This document shows positions 1 to 11,927 of a stretch of 64,000 nt of DNA, one piece after another. The DNA is taken from positions 593,388 through 657,387 of the forward strand of contig MNCI01003467.1 of assembly GCA_015680685.1 (NCBI GenBank), read 5' to 3'. Origin of the DNA: Gnetum montanum (taxonomy: Eukaryota > Plantae > Gnetophyta). Every line of letters starts with the position of its first letter. Position 1 is the first letter of the stretch. The position numbers and the translations under genes are program-made. Below the pieces are notes generated by a model that was not told the DNA's origin, did no database searches, and saw only the letters and a list, made by a program, of their open reading frames with translations.

Positions 1-76
1 AATAGGAAGGTCGAGAGGAGTTAGGACAAGGGCAAGGACGNTGCAAAATATAGATAATAAGTGGCAGAAGCTTAAG

Positions 77-877
77 TTGTTCCCAAGGACACTCACCAAA
101 GAAGCAGAGAGCTGGTACCGGTCCTTAGAACCGGAAACCATCAGGAGGTGGAGTACGATGCTCGAACTATTCAACAACAAATATCAGATGTACTCCAGAG
201 TGTCCAATTTGCGTAAGCAGATCCAAGGCTGGAAACAAGGTGCTTATGAACCCTTGGATGCTGCCATGGCCCGCTACTATACATTGCTACATCGTTGCCT
301 GGGCCATGGGTACGCTAAGCGGGATCAACTTCGCCACATCGTGGATGGGCTAAGGAATGAAACGAGAAGAACAGTTGGGACTTATGCCAAAGGGAGACTT
401 TCCCAACTTAGAGCCCATGAAGTTGAAATTTTGTTGGAACAAGTAGTGCAAGAAGAGGGTGAGCTACGTAAGAGGGAAAGTGCGGAGGAGTATAACCACG
501 ATCCCTCCCTTCGAAAGAAGGGAGTGAAATTTTGTGATGAAGAGGATGAGTCCTCAATCAAAGAGTTGGTGAATCGGAAAACTTTGCCGATCCAAAAATT
601 AACAATCAAAGTATTGGCCAAAGTAGATCAAATGTGGGATTCCTTGGACTCAAGAATTGAAACAATCTTGAAAATTGTAGAAGAGTCTAAGGTAGAGCAA
701 AGTAGTGACAAAGGAAAGAACAAGAGGAGAGATTTAGGCCTTGCACATAACAAGGATAAGGGAAAAATCACTAACTCTGATGTGGCTGTAGATTCTGACA
801 CAGACGATGATGGTGGATGTGAGGTCTGCTACTATGACCATCCTAAGGGATGTTGTCCTATTATCTCACATCTATAG
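77..877 (+). pseudogene. gag: Retrotransposon Gag (capsid domain), Athila-like; frame starts upstream of the ORF call
   Basis: F(P)xxLxxxAxxWYxxL..I..W..L...F...Y and QxxxExL motifs typical of Retrotrans_gag; the stop at 875-877 interrupts the polyprotein. Confidence 0.8.
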
Positions 878-1639
878 GAGTCTAGGGTGTATGCACTAAA
901 TCCAAGACTTAATCAACGGCAAACACCCCGAAGGTTNNNNNNNNNNNNNNNNNNNNNNNNNNNNNNNNNNNNNNNNNNNNNNNNNNNNNNNNNNNNNNNN
1001 NNNNNNNNNNNNNNNNNNNNNNNNNNNNNNNNNNNNNNNNNNNNNNNNNNNNNNNNNNNNNNNNNNNNNNNNNNNNNNNNNNNNNNNNNNNNNNNNNNNN
1101 NACATCGGCAGTGGCAATACCCACAGTCATGGGGGATGCCACCACCAACACATCAATACCCTTACTGGCAGCCTGATCCTTACGGTTATTATGTGCAGCA
1201 GCCGATTTCTCCAAGTGACTCTATGGGTCACACAACCCCTAACCGTCACTACCAAGCTTGGGAGTACTTCCGAAGGACTCCTTCTTCTCCAAGAGACACT
1301 CCATACCCACACCATCATCCTAATCCACCTGCACCTCTTCCACCTGTAGTTCCCATACAACCTATTCCAATAATGCAGGGGGAATTACCTACCCAACCGC
1401 AACAATGTAATGTCACGAGAGCTGTAAATATTCAGCATGTAAATATCCAACCAGGTGCTGGTTCTGACAATTGTAAAAAGAGAAGACCTTACTTCAGAAC
1501 CAAAAGCCTAAAAAAACTCTCGCAACAACAAGCGGTTGAGCACATGTATAGGCCTCTAACCACTAACGCTTCGGAGAACCCTTCAGTCCAACAACTAAGT
1601 ACGCAAACGGTTATGTTGACACATACCGTAATTGATTGG

Positions 1640-2030
1640 ATAAAGGTGGGCCACCTTCCCAGGAAACTATCTGACCCTGGGGACCCCTTAATTCATTTAC
1701 AGATCGTCAGAAATGCACCACATCGAGCTCTTCTTGACTCAGGTTCTGGAGTCAACCTTATTTCACAAAAGATGTATCATGCCTGGAACCTACCCCAACT
1801 TAAGAAGAGCAACATACAACTGGAGCTGGCTGACTAGTCCATCACTATTCCCTTAGGATTGGTGGAGGACATTATCACCACTGTGTGTGGGTGGTCATAC
1901 CCAGCCGATTTCTTGGTGATTGAGGTTAACAACGAAGGGGGTTTCCCCATTATAATGGAAAGGATGTGGCTAAGTACTGTAGACGCGTACCTAGGAATCC
2001 GTGATCTTTCCTTGCAAATTTCTAAGATGA
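1640..2030 (+). pseudogene. Retroviral-type aspartic protease (in-frame stop at 1835-1837)
   Basis: LLDSGSGVNLI catalytic motif, followed by LELAD*SITIPLGLVEDI and YPADFLVIE..FPIIMERMWL (degenerate ILGRPFL). Confidence 0.85.
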
Positions 2031-3707
2031 ATATTTACGGAAAGATCGAGAAGAAGAAGATTCCATGCATTGCATACAGTGATTCATCGGGTGATGACAT
2101 GGAGGATATGTCTCCATGTGAGACGTGTGCCTATGAAAGTGAGAAACAAAGATGCCTGTATGTAGCAACCACACTAGAAGTAGTAGACACCCCGTGGTTG
2201 ACAACTACTCGTAAGAGCAGACAAATATGCATGGAACGAACTGGGGAAACTCATGCTAACAATGAAAGCATATATACATTGGAACATGAGCATCGCCAAC
2301 TTCCACCCCTAAATCTAAGATCATCAATTGGGAGAAGTTGGGCACTTTTTAGGAATTCAAACAGACGTTCATTATTTTGGATCTCTCCCTTACAACTCAG
2401 TCATGGGGGAGATGGCTACCTATGCTAATCATATGGGGCGCTCAGTTCTTTTTCAGTTTTTGTTTTACATGTTTTTGTTTTACAATGTTTTTTGTCTTAC
2501 ACATTTTTGTTTTACAAATTTCCTTAACTTTTCTAATTTTTGTTTTACAACTTTCTTTAACCTTTCTAATTTTTTGTTTTACAACATCGTTATACTTTTC
2601 CATTTTTTGTGTGAGTGTGTGTGCCATCCACCATGTAAGTTTGTCCCATAATAAGTGTTCAGAATGATGGTATGAACTGTTTTCATATTGATTGCTAATG
2701 TTTGGTTTTTACCTTTAAGTCACAATGTTGATACTAAGGTATGTTTCTTTNNNNNNNNNNNNNNNNNNNNNNNNNNNNNNNNNNNNNNNNNNNNNNNNNN
2801 NNNNNNNNNNNNNNNNNNNNNNNNNNNNNNNNNNNNNNNNNNNNNNNNNNNNNNNNNNNNNNNNNNNNNNNNNNNNNNNNNNNNNNNNNNNNNNNNNNNN
2901 NNNNNNNNNNNNNNNNNNNNNNNNNNNNNNNNNNNNNNNNNNNNNNNNNNNNNNNNNNNNNNNNNNNNNNNNNNNNNNNNNNNNNNNNNNNNNNNNNNNN
3001 NNNNNNNNNNNNNNNNNNNNNNNNNNNNNNNNNNNNNNNNNNNNNNNNNNNNNNNNNNNNNNNNNNNNNNNNNNNNNNNNNNNNNNNNNNNNNNNNNNNN
3101 NNNNNNNNNNNNNNNNNNNNNNNNNNNNNNNNNNNNNNNNNNNNNNNNNNNNNNNNNNNNNNNNNNNNNNNNNNNNNNNNNNNNNNNNNNNNNNNNNNNN
3201 NNNNNNNNNNNNNNNNNNNNNNNNNNNNNNNNNNNNNNNNNNNNNNNNNNNNNNNNNNNNNNNNNNNNNNNNNNNNNNNNNNNNNNNNNNNNNNNNNNNN
3301 NNNNNNNNNNNNNNNNNNNNNNNNNNNNNNNNNNNNNNNNNNNNNNNNNNNNNNNNNNNNNNNNNNNNNNNNNNNNNNNNNNNNNNNNNNNNNNNNNNNN
3401 NNNNNNNNNNNNNNNNNNNNNNNNNNNNNNNNNNNNNNNNNNNNNNNNNNNNNNNNNNNNNNNNNNNNNNNNNNNNNNNNNNNNNNNNNNNNNNNNNNNN
3501 NNNNNNNNNNNNNNNNNNNNNNNNNNNNNNNNNNNNNNNNNNNNNNNNNNNNNNNNNNNNNNNNNNNNNNNNNNNNNNNNNNNNNNNNNNNNNNNNNNNN
3601 NNNNNNNNNNNNNNNNNNNNNNNNNNNNNNNNNNNNNNNNNNNNNNNNNNNNNNNNNNNNNNNNNNNNNNNNNNNNNNNNNNNNNNNNNNNNNNNNNNNN
3701 NNNNNNN

Positions 3708-5179
3708 TCCATATCAGCCATACCACAACCTAGCCAATGGACCTACACTAAAGCAAGGTATTAATTACTTAATGATTCAATTACCCTTGCTAATATATGA
3801 TTGTGTTGTGTGTGCAGATGGTGATCATGCAAACAACGGATTGGATCTGGAGCAGGAGCAAAACACTTGGAATGGAGCAGCGTTGAAGCAGCTATGCAAG
3901 GAGCAAGATCGATGGCGCGCTTATGGATGGACAACGAAAAGCGCAATCTTGGCGTTGGTAGCAGCAACACTTCTTTCTATCTCTCTCTTTCTCTCAAGCG
4001 GCCAACAAAGGCCTGATGTCATTGTAATAAGGTGTTCACCCTTGTTGTCATGAACACCAGTTTTGTCAAGTCTTGTAATAATGATCCGTTCACATGTTAT
4101 CCCATTAGTTCCATTCCCCTCAATAATTCCATACCTTCCCGATATTATTGTAAGGAACTCGAGGGCGAGTTTTCATTCAATCATGGGGGTATGATGAGAC
4201 GCAATTTGCACAAGCCGCGATATCGTGTCTTTCCCTGCGATATCGTGTATGCGATATCGCGGCCACCGCGATATTGTGTCTTTTCCTGCGATATCGCGTA
4301 CGTGATATCGCGGTCTGCTGCCAAATCTATAAATAAGAGGTAGCACTCCCTTCATTTGCATATAGAGGTTAGAAGTAGTGAAGCTCTGGCGGATTGATCA
4401 CCCCAGAGATAGAATATTTTCCATGTGCCCGTAGTAGGAGTCCCCCAAGTGAACGGCTCTTTATTCGAGTAGCTTTGTACCTGAACGCAAGTTGTGTACG
4501 ACAATAAAGATGAGCTTTGTGGATAAACCTTGCAGTACATGGATAGGTTTATTTAATTTTATTTATTGCTTTCCTAGTAACGCGGCATGAGTACGACTTG
4601 GTTACGAGCATTGACAAATGTGTACGGCTAACCAAGGAATCGGCTACTCATCGCGATTAGATTCTCTCACCCTTATCTCCTAGTACGTGGGGTAAGTACG
4701 ACTTGGCTACGAGCACCTACGGGTGTGTACGGCTAGTCAAGGAATCGGCTGCTTATCACACTTAGGCTAGTTAGATGCCTCAGTACGACCACTTCGAGCA
4801 CGTGCGTTACGTGTGGTAATCCCAGTAACGATTAGCATTTGGTAACCACAGTTGCATAGTTCAGGGTGTGTACGGTAAGTGGGAATGGATGCTGATGCTA
4901 GTTAATTTAGACTTAGGTCCTTAGTTAGAGTTAGTTAGTTTCTTCAACCCTTCACCCTCTAGCATAGGAGATAAACCTGAAAAGACCAAAAAAATCATAT
5001 ACCTCGGACTTACTTAACCATACACCGTGACAACAACAAGTAAGTCTGGGAAGACAACGAACGATTAACCCCAAGTGTTCCATGGGGTGTTTAGGCATTT
5101 AGTCTGCGGAGTTCGACCGGATCGCGCGTGCTACGCTCGTTTCGTATGGTTGAGTGTAGGGGTACCTCGCCACTCATCA
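3708..5179 (+). repeat. Putative 3' LTR of the Athila-like element (5' boundary hidden in or near the N gap)
   Basis: GCGATATCG repeat block 4215-4313 directly upstream of TATAAATA (4328-4335); about 105-bp sub-repeats at 4589-4890; terminal CATCA at 5175-5179, followed by a change in composition. Confidence 0.6.
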
Positions 5180-6208
5180 GTTGGTTTTGTTCTTCTTCCA
5201 AATCTTGGATAACAAAAGAGACTTCAAAAACATGGTTTTAAGGACTCTCTTTAATCCTTCTTCACTCTACCTCCTCATGTAGTGCACAACACAAACCATG
5301 TGCAAGCTTCTCCACCAAAAGCTTCTTCCATGCTTCTCACACATGGACATCTTCAACTCGTTTGCATCTAAAACAAAAGTTCTAAGGGAAATAACTAAAA
5401 TAACAAGATGTTAGAGGTCTATCACTATGGTCTAGCTAACCAAGGTTGTTGCTACTCAAGGTAACCCATCTAAGCCTATCCATGTGCATGACACCAATGT
5501 CCAAATATAGTTAGTGAAATTTGCCAAGTGTTTACTATGAGCATCATCTAGGGCCACTTCACATCTAGCTCTTCTAGTGGGGTTGCCCCATCACAGCTAT
5601 GCTACTAAAGCTCCTATACTTCATAATTATAGCAATGCACCACACCATGTTGCCATGGAAACACCATCTCCATGGCCATTTTGAAATGCACTTGAGACCT
5701 AGCCTTCCAAACCAAATTCCATCCAGAGTGCTTTACCAAAATTCACATAGACATAGGGAATGCTAACTTGTAACATGAAGAAACCACATGTCTAAATCTA
5801 GATGAAGGAAATGAAATTGATGGCCCTAAGTATTTCCTTGTCTTCCCTATTCCAATTGATGAGGATGGCTAGCCAATTGATGAGGATGGCTATGCTAATT
5901 GTTCAGGATGCAAGTGGTTAGGATTACATGTGTATCACATGGGTGTAAGAAGTTGACAGCGACATTTTCCCAACACAATTCGCATACCAATTCTAGAGGA
6001 TCAACTCTATTGTTTTTCACCGCTTCTTCATGAATCATGAATAATTAAATTGACAATTCCTTTGATGTGCTCTTTGTTTTGTTGGTGGCTCGTGAGCAAT
6101 TCATTACACATTGTAGTGAGCAGAAAGTTGCACAGGTTTACAGTATTGCAACAAAAAATTCATTCTTAACACCACTGCTCTGCAAAATTCTGGACCTTGA
6201 AAGCATTC

Positions 6209-6855
6209 ATGGTGGCCCAAGAAGAAGTTGGTGGAGGGCAGCAATAGAAACTTAGAAGAAGCCGGGGAATCCTATTTCCTGGAGCAGGAATGGGGCACTT
6301 CATACCCATGCTAGGACTGGCAAAGAGGCTCTCCACAAATAATAATAATAATAATCTCTACATCACATTCGTCACGGCACAATACACAGTGCCGCAGAGC
6401 TTCCTGGATGATTGCAGAGCCCACATTTCATCCCATTCTTCCTCCTCCTCCATGAATATCATCTTCAAGCAAATTCCTTCAATCCCAGACCTATCCATCT
6501 CAAGCTCAATGTTTTTAAACATGTATCCGCTGTAGCAGAAGACGAAGCCTCTGCTGGAGGATCCGCTCCCACAATCTCGGAAGAAACTTTCCTGAACCCG
6601 GAATCGATCCTGCAGATCCTGGGCCTACCGCCACTGCGCTGCAGAGAAATACATTCGGCGCCTCCGGAAGCGTCTGCGTTGGTTTCTGGGTCACTGTCGC
6701 AAGTTCGAGGATTCCTGGTGAACTCATCAGAGGAGATGGAGAATCAACAGTTCAGAGCTGTGCGAGGCCACAAATTCCAAGTTCTGGACCAAGATACGAA
6801 GCTTTAGTTCTGGACCAAGATACGAAGCTTTGGGCCGTAGGTCCAATTGTTAGAG
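6209..6855 (+). pseudogene. Plant family-1 UDP-glycosyltransferase pseudogene, N-terminal domain only
   Basis: ATG 6209 is in frame with LFPGAGMGHFIPMLGLAKRL..ITFVT. Second frame gives LGLPPLR..RGFLVNSSEEME..LWAVGPIV. Stop at codon 13, an internal deletion/frameshift, a 26-bp tandem duplication (6780-6831) and no PSPG box. Confidence 0.85.
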
Positions 6856-7799
6856 CTAGTTTCATAAATGAAATAACACTAACAAAGTAAGCAATATATT
6901 CTTATTTTAAGAAGTGTGACCAATGGATTTTGAAATGATTCATGCAGGCTTGATGGCATCTTAGCTTCCATTTCCTGGATTAAAATGAATTGCACCATGA
7001 ATATACATTCAAACCATTTTTCTTCTTGATTTTCAATTAATTGAGGTTACCATCACATCCTAATTTTTACCAATTTTAAATGATGCAATTCAAATTCATT
7101 TGCTCATTTTAAATCCTATTTAAAATTTGAACTCTATATACTATGTTCATGGTTAAAATTAAATGTCTTGAAGTCAATTTCCATTTTACATGTTTAAAAT
7201 CACGCTTTTCAAAATATCAGCCAACAAATATTATTGAATTATTTATTTAGAATCCTGAATTAATTTACCATGTTCAAAAAAAACATTAAAAAATCATTTT
7301 TGCACATAAACAAAATAATAGCACAATGTCACCAATTCCTAAATGTGAAATTCCACACAAAGCATTCTCTTGGTAGTTCATGAATTTACACTTCTCCATA
7401 ATACATCATCTTAATGGGCAACTCAATATGATTTATATTTGTATTCTAAAATAATATTAATAGATGTCATGCATTCTTGTATAGTTCTACACATTAAACC
7501 TTTCTAATCATATTTTTCAATTACTTGTTCCGTATAATTTACCCTACCTACACCCTGGGCATACAATTGTTTTTCTTAAAATCATTCATTTCTTAGATGT
7601 AGTTAACACAATAATATAAAGTTAGTATGTTGACCTTGAGATTAGAAACAACTTTATAAGTAAACATTTTTATTCGTTGTTGGAAGTTGCAAAATTTGTG
7701 ATTTGCATTCTAATTTTACCTAGAGTATCCCCAAAGACTTTGCGTGCCAAGACATTTTACTTTATTATCATCTTCTTTAGCATAGCTCTAATTAGAATA

Positions 7800-9796
7800 T
7801 AATTTGCATGGCAAACTGTCTCCCTAAAATCAACTTCAATGTATTTTCCATACACTCCATGTGGCATGTATCAATTTATGTCAAGGATCATCTAGCTAGG
7901 CTTTTGTTTCCGAATCTGACAAAGAAACATTTATTATTTAAAAAAAACCTGAAATGCAAGATTATCTAATGATGAAAAATCACATCACCAAATGCATTAA
8001 TATAGTATTACCCCCAAGATATCCTAAGCCAAAGTTTCTCCTAATACCCTCTCCTGGTTCATCTAGTATCCAATTCCGCAAAGCATTATCCCTAGTAACC
8101 TCGACTACTAAGATTTCAAAATTGTTTAACAATTCACAATGGAAGTAATCTTGTAGTTTACATTTTGCAAAACAAAGTAGATTTAGTTCAGTAGAACAAA
8201 CCTTTGCAATGATGCTAGCTCCACTAACAATTGGATAAAGAGTGTTAGCTTTCTTAGCAACCACAAATTTAATGCTAGGAAATATTTCTTCTAATTTGTC
8301 CCTATATTAACATGTATCTATAAAGAAAACACCTTGTAACAATGAATAAATGGTGAAAAAAAATGCACATGCTCAATGAAAAAAATAAAAATAGCCAGCA
8401 AGAAACCAAACAACTCACAAATTGCAGCAACAAGTTACTCTAAATAGGAAATGTTGAAAAATATATAGTTTAATTAAACATCTGCTATGAATAACATATA
8501 CCTATATATTAATAGTTGCTATCTTTATACACAAATATTCTGTTAAAATATGTAATGGACATCAAAACATGGATTTGTATCAATGCTAATAAGGTGGTGC
8601 TAATTAAACGATGTTGGTTCAAATGCCAATATTTAATACTACCGTACCTCTATCAGCATCACACCCAATCCAAGAACCTTCCTCACAAGACCGATAGCAG
8701 CATCATGTGAAATTGTATAAGGTTAACTTGCACTCTATCAGTTTATGAAAAACAACAGCTCATTAATAACCAAAGTCACAAAGCTTTATGATTGATTCTG
8801 CAATTTAAAATAGAAAATTAAAATATTCACGCTGATTCTTCACGTTAGAAAATGGTTCATTTTGTTATCAAAGTTAAAAGTTAAAACTGAGAACTTTTGT
8901 CCTTAATTAATTCATTAATTCAGGTTATAAAGGGAAGTCCTTGAACTGCATATTATTTACGTCTGAAGCATTTTTGCAGAAAGGTCTCTTAGATCAATGA
9001 CGTCAACAGTCCAACCTATTGACTTATCACATTTTAGACTTTCAAATAATTCTTCTCGCCTTTCCTCTTTTAAAGTTTTAGAATCTTATTGGGTGCATGG
9101 TAACAATGTTCAGTCACTGCCATACAAAAGAATTTTGGCTAATCCTCTGTAATACAAATTCAAAACAGGGACATTGAATATGTAAAAAAAAAATCGGACA
9201 ATCAGTATTAAAAAGTACAGGCTATCTGCAGAACCATATTGAAATATGTGGTCCAAGTAGGAAATAGAATGAATTTTGTAATAATTTTCTTTGTTGGATT
9301 TCGAGTTTCCAAAATACCCACAATTCATCTTTATATTTAAGTTATCAATCACCCTTTCAGGGGAAAAATCTACTTCTGTATTCAGAATGTGAAAACCTAC
9401 CAATAGAAATCTAGGTATTTGCATAATGCAGTAAAAACATCAGACAAAATACACTGGATAACAATCATAATCGACAAGTCTGAACAGTGTTAAATAGTAT
9501 TGTCCTTGCATACCATGAGAATGTGTAGGTAAATCAGGGAAACAACGGTGCAAATTGCAATGTGGCAAGAGTTTCCTGGTATGAAGCAGGGCAGTAAATA
9601 CACCTATAAACCATGGGACCTGATCACGAAAGTAAAAACATAGATTTGCATAGATTGTTTTGAGCAAAACAGCTACTAATTAAAAAGATGATCAAAAGAG
9701 GAGGAGAATGATAACTAAAGCAGGGTCTCTCCCTGCTTCATCGATTCCCATAATGCAGGGCTTGCTGCACCATTTTGGCACGCCTTGGCTTCCCAT
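7800..9796 (-). pseudogene. RNASEH2A: Ribonuclease H2 subunit A pseudogene, 7 recognisable exons
   Basis: Exons: MGSQGVPKWCSKPCIMGIDEAGRDPAL (9796-~9715); PMVYRCIYCPASYQETLATLQFA (~9619-9550); DSKTLKEERREELFESLKCDKSIGWTVDVIDLRDLSAKMLQ (9084-8961); NL..ISHDAAIGLVRKVLGLGVMLIE (~8734-8648, 1-bp frameshift); ..KLEEIFPSIKFVVAKKANTLYPIVSGASIIAK (~8332-8202, DTVGDP motif damaged); VTRDNALRNWILDEPGEGIRRNFGLGYLG (~8098-8011); DSETKA*L (~7915). These follow plant RNase H2A order with GT-AG introns. Confidence 0.92.
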
Positions 9797-10361
9797 TTGG
9801 ATTCGCTCTATCCTCAGAGTTTACCTTCCACGGATATTTGTTGCAGTGCGAATTAGCCGTCTGAAAATGTTTTACTTTCCCAAATGTTTGGGCCTGCACA
9901 GGTAACCCTCCAAACAACACGCCGTCTCGCTTTTCTGTAGGTTTTCTAGTCATGGGAATCAAAACTGGGGATACTGTATGGAGGAAACTTGACAGGAACC
10001 CCAACATACAACGAATAAGGGAGGGTTGGTTCCAGTGAATTTTACATGAATAATAAACATATCGAATACTGGAAAATCTGAGATGACTCATGAGTGTCAA
10101 AGTCCGGCCCTAACCAAGTACATCTTATGCAGAGCTACTATACACGAACCAAGGCCACTAGCAACCAAGGCCACTAGTACAGAGGAGGGGAAAGGGTTTT
10201 CGTTTTTCCAAAGGGTTTAAGGCAGGGCCGGTGGGTGAAAAATGTAGGAGAGAATCTTCAGATTTGGCCAGTTCTACACTCCTATGCACCGGCGTTGACG
10301 AGGCAACCATGCTTTCATTGCTTTATTTATAGATCAATATCCATGGCCTCTATCTTAGCAT

Positions 10362-11914
10362 CCGCTGTGTTGGGTGTGTGCAGATAGAGGGCGTCCTGCA
10401 CGGTCTAGGACTTAATCGACGTTTATATAACCTTTTGCAACATATATTTTTTTGAAACTGGATGGAAACGCGAAATAATGTTTGCAAGTAAATAAAGCAG
10501 AAAAAACAGTGCAAGATGCAAGAATAAGCAGGAAATAAAGTAAAAATGTGGTTAGAAAATTGCACCACTCTGAAGGCATAGGTTTGCTCTGTCAAGATGG
10601 ATATAGTCGTTGCACAGCGTGGCGAAGTGCAGAGATCTTGAGAATAACTAGGACGTGTAGAGCAAAATAGGTTGTGCGCTTGGGCGCAGCTTTGAGCGCT
10701 GACAATGCAGGGATTCTACCAAGGTGGTAGAAAGGGTATAGAACAAAATGTCAGCTAAACATGTTAACTATTTGCAGTGTCAAATAGAAAGCTTACAATG
10801 TTGTCGCAACGTGCCAGGGAGAGAGCTTGAGCACCAGAGAAAAAAGAGTAAGAGACTTAGTGAAAGAGTGCCAACCGAACCAGGGATTGGACCTCTTTTG
10901 AATATTGTTTTCCGGAAAATTCCGAACCCTTTGAATGCTGTTTCTCAGGGTATTTATAGGGCCAAGGGTACGCAAAAGGGGTAGTTTGGATGCCACGCAC
11001 CTTGGGCCCACGTTGACTTGCTGGCACCACACGTGCCATGTATGACCGTTGGAATTGCAAGACTGTTGTAATGCGAACCTGTCATGCCATAACTGCGAGC
11101 CTACCATGCTATAATTGCACCATCAGCGGCTGGAGACGTGTGCTAACGGTCTGATTAGGTGAAGTGCATTAATGTTGCACAACCACCCACATGCCTTGTT
11201 GTGCTTCATAGCGTAACGTGTTTGGTGTAGCATCTTGTCGTTCGTTCTGCCACATGTGTGATGTATGCTTGCTACGCTATGCTACGCTATGTAGCGTAGC
11301 AATTGGCCTTAGTCGCGAAAGCTTGGCTGATTTACCAACTTTGCTTCTTGCGATGCCTGTCTCACAAACTCTGCTATTTCTACCCTTCGAGCTACCTTCT
11401 GTCCCTTCCGCAGGATTGCTACGCCTTGTAGCTCAGTGTAGCATAGTAGTAGACATGGTCCGCCGCTTCTTTATGGAAAGGGGCATTGCTGAAGGACTTG
11501 GGGCTGGGCGTGGGGACTGGCTGTGGAGCTGTTGCCATACTACGCTACGTCACATGGCGTAGCGTAGCGTGATGCTCTATTCTGCAATTGCTTTTTAAAG
11601 CTTGCTATGTTACATAGCGAGGCATAGCGTAGTGTGGCAGACTTCGTGACTTAGAAAACTTGCCGAATTGTTTTTTGCGCATCCAGAATGCTGCTGCCAA
11701 CTCCGCGCACCGTCTCTGAGTAGGCTGTCGCTTGGGCAGGCTACTTTGGTGGACAGGCAAGATGACGTAAAGCCTATCCATGCTTAAAGTAGAAAATTTG
11801 TCGAATTGGCCAGCCTGAACTCAGAATGTTCTTCTTTCGAAGAACTGCCGTAGTGCCATGCGAGTTGCAAGGCTTGGTGAAGCAAGGATGACCCCACATT
11901 TTTTAGGTGTTTCA
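10362..11914 (-). repeat. 3' LTR of element A (terminal ~80 bp missing)
   Basis: Colinear with 24905-26458; begins TGAAACACC on the minus strand right after the PPT; TATA (CTATAAATACC) near 10950. Confidence 0.9.
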
Positions 11915-11927
11915 TTGACCCCTCTTT
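11915..11927 (-). other. Polypurine tract of element A
   Basis: AAAGAGGGGTCAA immediately 5' of the LTR TG; same motif at 52016-52028 (B2) and a degenerate copy at ~33115-33127 (C). Confidence 0.8.

Larger units (their letters stand above)
1..5179 (+). mobile_element. Partial Athila-like Ty3/gypsy LTR retrotransposon (gag + protease + 3' LTR; no RT/INT visible)
   Basis: Retrotrans_gag-like ORF 77-877 (FPRTLTKEAESWYRSLEPETIRRW..). Athila-style protease block (KLSDPGDPLI..RALLDSGSGVNLI..LELAD..GLVEDI..PADFLV..PII). LTR-like region with TATA box ending ...CATCA at 5179. Confidence 0.75.

Noticed and set aside
2688-4053. Long ORFs of 330-442 aa
   Set aside because: Artefacts of translating the N gap.
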